From an uncultured Gemmatimonadales bacterium (GTDB taxonomy: Bacteria > Gemmatimonadota > Gemmatimonadetes > Longimicrobiales > Longimicrobiaceae), in assembly GCA_963716255.1 (NCBI GenBank), contig OY970303.1, forward strand, positions 3,808,001-3,872,000: DNA of 64,000 nt, written 5' to 3'. Below, in pieces: positions 47,922-56,697 of the stretch. The notes below the pieces were generated by a model. The model saw only the letters and a program-made list of their open reading frames with translations, was not told where the DNA came from and ran no database searches. Position numbers and translations under genes: made by a program. Every line of letters begins with the position of its first letter. Positions within the stretch are counted from its first letter, which is position 1.

Positions 47922-48961
47922 TCAGGGCCCGGGCGCGGGGGGGAGGTCCAGCCGGAAGTGGAAGCGCGTGCCCACGCCGGCGGCGGTCTCGTAGGCCAGG
48001 TCGGAGCCCATGGCGCGCACCAGGTCGCGGGCCAGCGTCAGCCCCAGTCCGGTGCCCGAGAATCCCGGGCCGTTCCAGCGGCTCACCCGCCGCAGCGGCT
48101 GAAAGAGCGTCGCCTCCTGCTCCGGGCGGATCCCGGCGCCGGAGTCGCGCACGGAAAACTCCACGCCGCCGGCGCCCTCCGGCAGGGCGGACACCTCCAC
48201 CACCCCCGCCTCCGTGAACTTGAGGGCGTTCACCACCAGGTTCAGGAGCACGCGGGCCAGCGCCACCGGGTGCCCCAGGCGCCGGTCCTCGCCCTCCAGC
48301 GTGAAGCGGAGCTCCACGCGTCGCTCCTCCGCGATGGGGCGCACGATGTCACCGATGGACGCGGCGATCTCCGCGATGGAGAACTCCGAAGGGAGCTCGT
48401 CCACCAGGGCGTCGCCGCGCCGGTACAGGTCCAGGATGTCGTTCGCCATGGACACCAGCCCCAGCGTGGCGCTGTAGATGATGCCCAGTTGCCGGCGCTG
48501 GACTTCGCCGGCGTCCCCTGCGTACCCGGAGCGGAGCGCGTCGGAAAGGAAGAGGACCGAGGTGAGCGGGGAGCGGAGGTCGTGCGCCAGTCCCACCACC
48601 ACGGCCGGGTCGTCGAAGCCGGCGGCGTCCCCCCGGGGAGCTCCGCCGCGGGCGCGGCGGCGCGGTACGAACGGACGATGCGGAGGAGTTCGGGAAGGGA
48701 GGGAGGGGCGCCGTCCAGGTAGCGGGCCGCCAGCTCCGCTTCCATCAGCAGGTCGGGGAGGTCGGCGGCGGAGGTCCCGGCGGCGCGGGCGTCCTCCACC
48801 CGCATGGCCAGCTCCGCCAGGCGGGCCGCCGGGTCCGCGTCCTCCGCCTCGCCCGCCATGGCGGCGAGGACCTGGCGGGCCGCGGAGCGGAGCACGGGGG
48901 ACGAGATCCGGGCCAGGGGATCCGGCCCGTGCGGGCGCACGGGGACGCCGGTCTCGGGCAT
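47922..48961 (-). pseudogene. histidine kinase split by a 1-nt frameshift at a G6 tract (48629-48634)
   Basis: The ATG 48961 frame reads plausibly to ...AELPGG. HisKA (LAHDLRSPLTS) and HATPase (NLVVNALKFT, DSGAGI, GTGLGL) are in another frame; one extra G joins them. Confidence 0.65.
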
Positions 48962-48992
48962 TCGCCGCCGTCCCCTCCGCCCCCGGCTCCGC

Positions 48993-50513
48993 TCAGCTCG
49001 CCTTGATGACGGTGTCGCGCTGCAGGCCGTGCTTCTCCATCAGGCGGTAGAGCGTGGTGCGGTCCACGCCCGCGATCTTGGCCGCCTTGGACATGTTGGC
49101 CCCCACGCGGTCCACCAGGGCGCCCAGGTACACCCGCTCGAAGTCGGCGAGGACCCGCTCGCGGGCGCTGTGGTACGGCTCGTCCAGCCCGCGGAAGAGC
49201 GTGGCCTTGGACTCCCGCGGCGCCGGGTCGATCTCGCGGAAGGGGATGTCGTCCGGCATCACGGTCGAGCCCGGCTCCACCAGCACCACCGTGTGCTCCA
49301 CCACGTTCTGCAGCTCGCGGACGTTGCCCCGCCACTCGCGCGCCTGCAGCGATCCGATCGCCGCCTGGCTGAGCTTGGGGACCGGCGTCTTGGGGTCGCG
49401 GTGCCGCTTCCAGTAGTAGCTGAGGAAGTGCTCGGCCAGCAGGGAGATGTCCTCCGGGCGCTCGCGCAGCGGCGGCAGGGTGATGGGCACCACGCTCAGG
49501 CGGTAGAACAGGTCCTTGCGGAGCACCCCTTCCTGGGTGGCGTCCAGCGGGTCGCGGTTGGTGGCCGCGATGAAGCGGACGTTGACCACCGCGTCGATCC
49601 CCTCGCTCCCCACCCGCCGGACGATGCCGTCCTGGATGACGCGGAGGAACTTGGCCTGGATCGTCTGCGACATCTCCGTCAGCTCGTCCAGGAAGAAGGT
49701 GCCCCCGTTGGCGATCTCCAGGAGGCCCATCTTGTCCTTGATGGCCCCGGTGAAGGCGCCCTTGCAGTGGCCGAACATCTCCGACTCCAGCAGGGTCTCC
49801 GGGAGCGCGGCGCAGTTGATGGCGACCATCGCCCGGTTCGCGCGGTGGCTCTGGGAGTGGATGAACTGCGCGATCATCTCCTTGCCGGTGCCGCTCTCCC
49901 CGCTGATGAACACCGAAGCGTCGGTGCGGGCCACGCGGCGGGCCAGCTCCACGGCGCGGCAGAACGCCGGCGAGCGCCCCAGGAGCACCGGGCCGCCCAC
50001 CGGCCCCTGGTGGTCGGCCGCCAGCTCGCGCTCCGCGAGCGCCGAGGTGTGGCGGTCGTTCAACACCGCGTGCGCCGCCCTCCCGATGAGGATCTGCAGG
50101 TGGGTGGCCGAGAAGGGCTTGGGCAGGTAGTCCCAGGCCCCCATCCGCGTCACCTCCACGCTGGAGTCCACCGACGGGTTGCCGGTCATGATGATGGCGC
50201 GCGTCGCCGGGCTGGTCTGGAGGCACACCGAGAGCACCTCGGTCCCGGGCACGTCGTCCAGGTACAGGTCGATCAGCACCACGTCGAAGGTGCGGCGCTT
50301 GAGCAGGTCGATCGCCTCCGTGCCGCGGCCGCACATGGAGACGTTGTAGCCCTCCAGGCGGAGCACGCTCGCGCAGCTCTCCCGCAGCGTGTGCTCATCG
50401 TCCACCACGAGGATCGAAACCTCGCTCCGGGGGTTCTCGTCCGCCGGATCGGCGCTCCCGGGCATGCGGATGCCGTTCGGACCGGTCGAGGGGAGGTGGG
50501 CCTCGAAGGACAT
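48993..50513 (-). CDS. sigma-54-dependent response regulator (REC-AAA+-HTH; NtrC/PrsR-like)
   Basis: LVVDDE, GESGTGKE, ESEMFGHCKGAFTGA, FLDE, ATNRD, WRGNVRELQN, GVDRTTLYR. Confidence 0.96.
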   Translation of the reverse strand: MSFEAHLPSTGPNGIRMPGSADPADENPRSEVSILVVDDEHTLRESCASVLRLEGYNVSMCGRGTEAIDLLKRRTFDVVLIDLYLDDVPGTEVLSVCLQTSPATRAIIMTGNPSVDSSVEVTRMGAWDYLPKPFSATHLQILIGRAAHAVLNDRHTSALAERELAADHQGPVGGPVLLGRSPAFCRAVELARRVARTDASVFISGESGTGKEMIAQFIHSQSHRANRAMVAINCAALPETLLESEMFGHCKGAFTGAIKDKMGLLEIANGGTFFLDELTEMSQTIQAKFLRVIQDGIVRRVGSEGIDAVVNVRFIAATNRDPLDATQEGVLRKDLFYRLSVVPITLPPLRERPEDISLLAEHFLSYYWKRHRDPKTPVPKLSQAAIGSLQAREWRGNVRELQNVVEHTVVLVEPGSTVMPDDIPFREIDPAPRESKATLFRGLDEPYHSARERVLADFERVYLGALVDRVGANMSKAAKIAGVDRTTLYRLMEKHGLQRDTVIKAS

Positions 50514-50792
50514 GCAGTCTCCTTACACTCTCAGGGTGGGCTTCCCGGCCGGCCGGAGCCGTGGCGGGCGAGCACGAGCGTCGATGTCGGGACCCGGCCG
50601 GAGCCGGGCCACAGTGGGCGCCGCGAAGGACGCCGGATACGATACGAGTACGAAAGGAGGGGCCCGGCCGGATGTAACACCTGTGGCACGGCCGCCTCAT
50701 GGGTGGCCGCGGCCGTCCCGCGGAGCGCAGGGAGCCGGATCCGGGGAGAACCGCCCGTGCGGAGCCGCGGCCGGTGTGTAAACCAGCAAATT

Positions 50793-50830
50793 TGAGACCA
50801 TGGGTCGACAACTGGTGCAGCAACGCCACA
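50793..50830. promoter_or_regulatory. tandem 18-bp palindromes in the regulator/wzc intergenic region
   Basis: TGAGA-N8-CGACA ac TGGTG-N8-CCACA. Confidence 0.5.
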
Positions 50831-51154
50831 ACTCACGGCGATCCCAAGCGGTTGCAGGGGTTAGGCGGCTTTTCTCCTCCCCGGCACCGGTATCTCGCGG
50901 GACATCCGCGCCCCAGTGGTGTTCCATGGAATCCCCGGATCCCGGGCCGCTTTCCCGTTCGCCGGCCGGGTGGAACGCTCCCATCCGGCCCCGCCGAGCG
51001 GCGCTCGCGGATCCCGGCGCCTCGTGCACTTTGCCAGGCGCCGAGACACACGTTCCTCGCGCGGGCGATCCCGCGCGGCACCGGCGCGCCGGCATGGCTG
51101 AGGGCAAGACGCGGCAGGGCAGCGGAGTCGGACGGTTGCGGCCTTTCGACGCTG

Positions 51155-51172
51155 TGTGGCGCGGGCGCAACA
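51155..51172. promoter_or_regulatory. 18-bp palindrome, candidate UAS for wzc
   Basis: TGTGG-cgcgggcg-CAACA, about 90 nt upstream of a -24/-12 candidate. Confidence 0.65.
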
Positions 51173-51259
51173 CTTCCCCCGAGCGCCATTCCGCGGCGCT
51201 CCGCCCGCGCCCGCCCGATTCCGGAGCCGTGGCGCGGGGATCCGCCACCCCCGGCATGA

Positions 51260-51275
51260 CGGCCCCTGGCTTGCT
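51260..51275 (+). promoter_or_regulatory. candidate sigma-54 promoter (wzc-wza)
   Basis: CGGCCCC-TGGC-TTGCT. Confidence 0.5.
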
Positions 51276-51334
51276 AGGACCAGCCTCTGACCGGCCGTCC
51301 TCACGAACGTCGCACGACCCACGTTACCCGGCCC

Positions 51335-53737
51335 ATGCATAGCGGACCCCCTTCATTGTACACCGAGTCGTCGGCGGACCTGGTCCCGTTCGACCAGCAG
51401 TCTGCTGCTGCCTCCGCCTTCCGCGGGGACTCGACCATCGAGCCGCAGGGCAACGCCCTGCGCCGCTACCTCACCGCGCTCAAGCGGTACCGGTGGATCG
51501 TCCTCGGGGTGGTGGCTCTGGGCGCGGCGGCGGGCGCGTACGCTACGCGCTTCGTCAAGCCGGAGTACAAGGTCAGCTCCACCATCTGGATCCAGTCGGA
51601 GGGGAGCGGCAGCGCGGGGACCGGGCCCATCCGCTCCTCCGAGCTGCTGCGGGCCAGCGCCTGGGTGGAGCTGCTCCGCTCCTACACGGTGCTCGACTAC
51701 GTGGTGCGCGAGGAGCGGCTGTACCTGAAGCCCCGCTCCTCCGCCGATTCCGCCGCGCTGGCCAGCCTCACCCTCCGCGACCGTTTCCGGCCCGGCGAGT
51801 ACAAGCTGGAGGTGGACGAGGCCGGCAAGCGCTTCCGGCTGGCGACCGCCGAGGGCGTCACCGTGCAGGAAGGCGCCGTCGGCGGGCCGGTGGGCGCCGC
51901 CGTGGGCTTCAACTGGGTGCCGGACCGGCGCCTGCTCCGCCCCGAGAAGACCGTCGAGTTCACGGTGGTCACCCCGCGCGACGCCGCGGGCGAGCTGAAC
52001 AGCCAGCTCCGCTCCGACATGACGGACAAGGAAGGCAACTTCCTCCGCCTGGAGATGACGGGCACCAACCCCCAGAAGATCGCGTCGGTGATGAACACCC
52101 TCACCGACCGCTACATCGCCGTGGCCGCCGACCTCAAGAAGGCCAAGCTCACGGCGCTCGCCGACATCCTGGCGGAGCAGCTGGCGTATGCCGCCGGCAA
52201 CCTCCAGCAGGAGGAGGCCGCGTACCAGGGCTTCCGCGTGCAGACGATCACCCAGCCCTCCGACCGCGGGGTGCCCTCGGCGCCCGGGGTGCAGCTGGTG
52301 CAGGACCCGGTCTTCCAGAACTTCTTCGCGCTCCGGCTGGAGAAGGAGCAGATCCGGCGCGACCGGGAGGCGATCTCCCGCGCGGTCTCGCCGGGGGCGG
52401 GGCTGCAGCTCAACTCGCTGGAGGCGATCCCCTCGGTTCAGCAGTCCTCCACGATCACCGGCACGCTCAAGGAGCTCACGAGCAAGGAAGCCGAGCTCCG
52501 GGCCATGCGCAGCAAGTACACGGACCTGTACGACCCGGTCCGCCGGCTCCAGTCCGACGTGGACTCGCTCAAGGGGCGCACCATTCCCTCGCTGGTCGGC
52601 GGGCTCAACTCCGAGCTGGCCACCCGCGAGGCGGCGATCGACCGGCTGATCGGCTCCGCCTCCACGCAGATCGCGGCGATCCCGCCGCGCGCCGTGGAGG
52701 AGGCGCGCCGCGAGCGCAAGGTGGCCATCGCCGAGAACCTGTACAAGAACCTGCAGCAGCGCTACGAGGAGGCCCGCCTGGCCGCCGTCACCAGCATCGC
52801 CGACGTGCGCATCCTGGACGAGGCCACGGTCCCCTTCACCCCGTCCAAGGACCCGCGCATCCAGCTCTTCCTCATGTTCTCGCTGGGGAGCCTGGGGCTG
52901 GTCCTGGCCGCCGTGGTGGTGTTCGACCGCCTGAACCCCAAGCTGGTATACCCGGAGCAGGTGACCGGGGGGCTGGGCCTCCCCGTCCTGGGCGCCATCC
53001 CGCGCGCCCGCCAGCACCTGCAGTCGGGGGTGGGGAGCGCGGCGCACCTGGTGGAGGCGTTCCGCAGCCTGCGCCTCAACCTGATGCACGCCACCGGGTC
53101 GGCGGGGAACCGCGCGCTGACCATCTCCAGCCCGGGGAGTGGCGAGGGCAAGTCGTTCATCACCGTGAACCTGGCCCTTTCCTTCGCCGAGCAGGGGCAC
53201 CGCACGCTGCTGATCGACGGCGACCTGCGGCGCGGGACGCTCCACCACCTGCTGGGCGTGAGCCGCAAGCCGGGGCTCACCGACTTCCTCCAGGGCTCGG
53301 TGCAGGCGTCGCAGATCGTGCAGGCCACGGCCTACCCGCACCTGCACGTCATCTGCAGCGGCACGCGGACCACCGCCGGGCCGGAGCTGCTGGGGTCCGA
53401 GACCATGGCCGAGCTGCTCGCCGAGCTGCGCTCCGAGTACGCGGTGATCCTGGTGGACAGCCCGCCGATGGGCGCGTGCGTGGACCCGCTGGTGCTGGCC
53501 ACCCTCACCCGCGACATGCTGATGGTGGTTCGCACCGACGTCACCAACCGCTCCATGGCGGAGTCCAACCTGGCGATGCTGGACCGGCTCCCCATCCGGG
53601 TGCTGGGCGCGGTGGTCAACGGCACCGTCCCCAACGGCCTGTACAGCGCGTACGAATACCTTCCCGGCTACGAGGTCGCCGATCTCGGCGACGCCCCGCT
53701 GCCGACGGGCGAGGTCCGGCAGCTCCAGGGCGCCTGA
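51335..53737 (+). CDS. wzc: polysaccharide co-polymerase / tyrosine autokinase (Wzc)
   Basis: Two TMs around a coiled-coil; EAFRSLR, SPGSGEGKS, LIDGDLRR, ILVDSPP, C-terminal YSAYEY. Confidence 0.93.
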   Translation: MHSGPPSLYTESSADLVPFDQQSAAASAFRGDSTIEPQGNALRRYLTALKRYRWIVLGVVALGAAAGAYATRFVKPEYKVSSTIWIQSEGSGSAGTGPIRSSELLRASAWVELLRSYTVLDYVVREERLYLKPRSSADSAALASLTLRDRFRPGEYKLEVDEAGKRFRLATAEGVTVQEGAVGGPVGAAVGFNWVPDRRLLRPEKTVEFTVVTPRDAAGELNSQLRSDMTDKEGNFLRLEMTGTNPQKIASVMNTLTDRYIAVAADLKKAKLTALADILAEQLAYAAGNLQQEEAAYQGFRVQTITQPSDRGVPSAPGVQLVQDPVFQNFFALRLEKEQIRRDREAISRAVSPGAGLQLNSLEAIPSVQQSSTITGTLKELTSKEAELRAMRSKYTDLYDPVRRLQSDVDSLKGRTIPSLVGGLNSELATREAAIDRLIGSASTQIAAIPPRAVEEARRERKVAIAENLYKNLQQRYEEARLAAVTSIADVRILDEATVPFTPSKDPRIQLFLMFSLGSLGLVLAAVVVFDRLNPKLVYPEQVTGGLGLPVLGAIPRARQHLQSGVGSAAHLVEAFRSLRLNLMHATGSAGNRALTISSPGSGEGKSFITVNLALSFAEQGHRTLLIDGDLRRGTLHHLLGVSRKPGLTDFLQGSVQASQIVQATAYPHLHVICSGTRTTAGPELLGSETMAELLAELRSEYAVILVDSPPMGACVDPLVLATLTRDMLMVVRTDVTNRSMAESNLAMLDRLPIRVLGAVVNGTVPNGLYSAYEYLPGYEVADLGDAPLPTGEVRQLQGA

Positions 53738-53781
53738 CCCGCCGGACCCATGCGCATTTTTCAAGCGGGCAGGAGCGACCG

Positions 53782-54564
53782 ATGAAGCTGTTACGCGTGC
53801 TGGCCCTGATCTCCCTGTGCCTCGCGGCCGCCCTGCCGGCCCGCGCGCAGGACACCGTGAGCTGGGATCCCAAGCGGGTCCAGGTCACGCGCACCGACCT
53901 GCAGGGGCTGCTCTCGCAGTACGAGCAGCTGCTGGCGTCGCCGGCGCACAGCGCCCAGTTCAAGGACCGCACCCGCGTCGAGGCGGAGGCGATCCGCACC
54001 CGGCTGCGCGACGGCGACATCCAGGTGGGCGACCAGGTGGCGGTGTTCGTGGAGGGGAACGACGTGCTGTCGGACACCTTCACCGTGCGCGCCAACCGCA
54101 TCCTCTTCATCCCCTCCATCGGGGACGTGCCGGTGGGCGGGCTTCTCCGCTCCGAGCTGGAGGGCCGGGTCGCCGAGCACCTGACGCGCTACATCGTCAA
54201 CCCCGTGGTGAGGGTGCAGCCGCTGATCCGCGTGGCCGTGGGGGGCGAGGTGGGGAAGCCGGGGTTCTACACCGTCCCCTCGGAATTCCTCGTGTCGGAC
54301 GTGCTTATGAGCGCGGGGGGGCCGAGCGGCTCGGCGGACCTGCGCAGGGTGTACGTGGAGCGGCGCGGGACCCGGCTGCTGGAGGGCGAGGTGCTTCAGC
54401 AGGCCATCAGCGACGGGCGGACGCTGGACCAGATGAACTTCCACCCCGGCGACCAGATCTACGTCCCGCCGGCGCGGCCGTCGCGCTTCAAGGACCCCTG
54501 GGTGATCACGCAGGCCATCGGCGCCACGGCGGCCCTGATCGGGCTGATCTCGCGGGCGTTCTAG
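53782..54564 (+). CDS. polysaccharide export protein (Poly_export/SLBB, Wza-like)
   Basis: ATG 53782 with signal peptide; VGDQVAV, IPSIGDV, GEVGKPGFY, AGG, PGDQIYVP, C-terminal amphipathic helix. Confidence 0.88.
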   Translation: MKLLRVLALISLCLAAALPARAQDTVSWDPKRVQVTRTDLQGLLSQYEQLLASPAHSAQFKDRTRVEAEAIRTRLRDGDIQVGDQVAVFVEGNDVLSDTFTVRANRILFIPSIGDVPVGGLLRSELEGRVAEHLTRYIVNPVVRVQPLIRVAVGGEVGKPGFYTVPSEFLVSDVLMSAGGPSGSADLRRVYVERRGTRLLEGEVLQQAISDGRTLDQMNFHPGDQIYVPPARPSRFKDPWVITQAIGATAALIGLISRAF

Positions 54565-54574
54565 GCGGGCCGGC

Positions 54575-54844
54575 TCACCCGGAGGCGACGGGCCCGTCCT
54601 CGTCGCGGACGGCGCGGGCGAGCAGGTCGGCCCAGTACGGCTCCAGCGAGGGTACGCCGAGCAGCTTCTCGGTGTACCCGTTGCCGCGCAGGGCGTGGCG
54701 CACGATCACGCCCCGCCGGAAGTGCGGATCGCGCTTCCAGTTCTGCGGGTCCCTCGCCATCATGCGGCGGTAGCTCCGCTTCGCCGGCTCCGGCAGCCAC
54801 CTCCGCAGGAACTCGACGACCTCGTCCCGGACTTTCGGGTCCAT
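54575..54844 (-). CDS. small hypothetical protein
   Basis: RBS agggagg upstream; 89 aa with plausible codon usage. Confidence 0.65.
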   Translation of the reverse strand: MDPKVRDEVVEFLRRWLPEPAKRSYRRMMARDPQNWKRDPHFRRGVIVRHALRGNGYTEKLLGVPSLEPYWADLLARAVRDEDGPVASG

Positions 54845-54990
54845 GTTCGCCTCCCTTCGCCGGCCCGCCCTCCTGCGAGATCCCCCGGCACTCTCCCCCG
54901 ACTCCGCATCATGTTCCGTACCCGCGCCGCCGACACGCGTCCGTATTCCGCGCGATCCGAAGCCGACTGTGGGTGAGTTCCCTGTGCTGT

Positions 54991-55008
54991 TGTTGCGCTC
55001 CCGTTACA
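54991..55008. promoter_or_regulatory. 18-bp palindrome, candidate UAS
   Basis: TGTTG-cgctcccg-TTACA. Confidence 0.55.
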
Positions 55009-55101
55009 CCCAGCCGCGCCCGTTCCGCACCGTCGCGCTCGCCACATCCGCAAGCTTCGCGCTGATATGGGCTTGCAAAGTCGGTTCGGAGAGCCCCGGG
55101 G

Positions 55102-55117
55102 CGGCACGGGGGGTGCA
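55102..55117 (+). promoter_or_regulatory. candidate sigma-54 promoter
   Basis: CGGCACG-GGGG-GTGCA. Confidence 0.7.
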
Positions 55118-55183
55118 CTCCCCACAGGCGGGCGCCCCCGGGCGCGAGGCTCCGCCGACCCGCGAACCACCGAACCCGTGTCC

Positions 55184-56062
55184 ATGCGCGCAGAAAACCG
55201 CATTCCCGTCGCCGGGATCGCGATCGACCCCGGAGACGGCGGCTGGCTGTCCCTCGGCGTCGCTCCGGCGCAGGAGGAGCGCGGCGGGGCTCCGGCCCCC
55301 GCCCCCGCTCCGGAGGCCGGCCTGGACCGCTTCATCCGCCTTGCCGCGCTGACGCTGGGCGCGGACGTGGCGGCGGTGTCGCTGGCGCACCCGGACGGAC
55401 TGGTGTACGAGAGCAGCATCCGCCTTCCCGACCTGCGGGCCACCCGCAGCCGGCGGCCGCTCCAGGAGTCGCTTTCGCGATACACCCTGGACTCCGCCGA
55501 GCCGCTGGTGATCCAGGACGCGCTCGCCTTTCCGCTGGACCCCGACACCCCCGCCGTGCTGGAGGGGATCCGCACCTACGTGGGTGTGCCGCTGCGCTCC
55601 CCAGGCTCCGGGGTGCCGGGCGCGCTGAGCGTCGCGGGATACTCCCCGCGCGCCTGGGCCCCCGCGGAGATCGAGGTGCTGCGCATCATCGCGGGCTCCA
55701 TCGTGGCCGAGATCGACCTCAAGAGCGAGATCCGGCGCATGGAGCGGGAGCAGTGCGAGCGGATCACCTCCGAGCGGCGGCTGGCGCTGCAGCAGCTGGC
55801 GCTGGGGCTGCGGCACGAGCTGAACAACGCGCTCGCCGGGCTGATCCTGGAAACGGAGCTGCTCTCGTCGGGGGCGGGAACGGGGTACGAGCGGTACCGG
55901 GAGTCGGTGGCGTCCATCCAGAGCCAGGTGTGGCGGATCCACGAGGTACTGCGGCGGCTGGACGACGTGGACGTGCTGCCGACCAAGCCGTACCTGGACC
56001 GGGGGCTGATGATCGACCTGTCCGAGCCGGGGCTGGCGATTTCTGCTGTTGCTACGGACTGA
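55184..56062 (+). CDS. GAF + HisKA-like protein with no ATPase domain
   Basis: LDRFIRLAA, IRTYVGVPL, PRAW (GAF); LRHELNNALAG (H-box); ends YLDRGLMIDL. Confidence 0.8.
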   Translation: MRAENRIPVAGIAIDPGDGGWLSLGVAPAQEERGGAPAPAPAPEAGLDRFIRLAALTLGADVAAVSLAHPDGLVYESSIRLPDLRATRSRRPLQESLSRYTLDSAEPLVIQDALAFPLDPDTPAVLEGIRTYVGVPLRSPGSGVPGALSVAGYSPRAWAPAEIEVLRIIAGSIVAEIDLKSEIRRMEREQCERITSERRLALQQLALGLRHELNNALAGLILETELLSSGAGTGYERYRESVASIQSQVWRIHEVLRRLDDVDVLPTKPYLDRGLMIDLSEPGLAISAVATD

Positions 56063-56083
56063 ACGGCTTTGAACAGCCGGGTT

Positions 56084-56209
56084 GGGCGTGCCCCCGGCTG
56101 GCGCCGGGGTCGGGCTTCGGCTCCGTAACGCACGAAACAACCGTGCGTAACGGAGTCGAGCCCCGCAAACTGCGCGTGTCTCGCCCCTTCGGGCCGAAAT
56201 CCCTCACGC
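56084..56209 (+). repeat. structured dispersed element, copy 5
   Basis: Variable stem acgcacg/aaacaac/cgtgcgt; about 22 nt after the stop codon. Confidence 0.95.
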
Positions 56210-56294
56210 GGCTGCATGCGTGGGGCGGGTGCACGACGGCGACGGGCCGCCGCTTCCGACAGGAAGCGGCGGCCCGTCGCCGTTCGGCGCGGCG

Positions 56295-56657
56295 TCAGGG
56301 GAGGTAGCGGCGGACCTCGGCCATCAGCTCGTCCAGGGTGAACGGCTTCGCGAGCATCCCGTCGAAGCCTTCCTCGCGCAGCTTGTCGGCGGCCACCAGC
56401 GCGACCGCGGCGGTGACGGCCACGATGGGGACCGCGGCGGTGCGCGCGTCGCCGCGGATCTCGCGCGCCGCGGCGATGCCGCCCTCGCCCGGCATCATCA
56501 GGTCCATCAGGATCAGCGAGGGGACCTCCTCCCGCGCCAGGCGCACGGCCTCGCCGGTGTCGCGCGCGTGCAGCACCCGGAAGCCGCCCGCACGCAGCAT
56601 GTTGCCGCAGGCCTCGTGCATCAGCTCGAAGTCGTCCGCCAGGAGGATGGTCCTCAT
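56295..56657 (-). CDS. single-domain response regulator
   Basis: ILLADD, ILMDLMMP, IVAVTA, AKPF. Confidence 0.9.
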   Translation of the reverse strand: MRTILLADDFELMHEACGNMLRAGGFRVLHARDTGEAVRLAREEVPSLILMDLMMPGEGGIAAAREIRGDARTAAVPIVAVTAAVALVAADKLREEGFDGMLAKPFTLDELMAEVRRYLP

Positions 56658-56697
56658 CGCACCCGAGGTCGGGGTGGGCCGCGTCTGTCCGCGGCGG

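Noticed and set aside
50684..50699. TGGCACG as a sigma-54 promoter (also at 24435)
   Set aside because: No GC at the -12 position; these fit better as halves of the 18-bp palindrome.
56055..56209. Element as an integron attC site (GTTGGGC just after a stop codon)
   Set aside because: GTTRRRY appears in only one copy, there is no matching RYYYAAC box at attC spacing, the flanking genes are not cassette-like, and there is no integrase.
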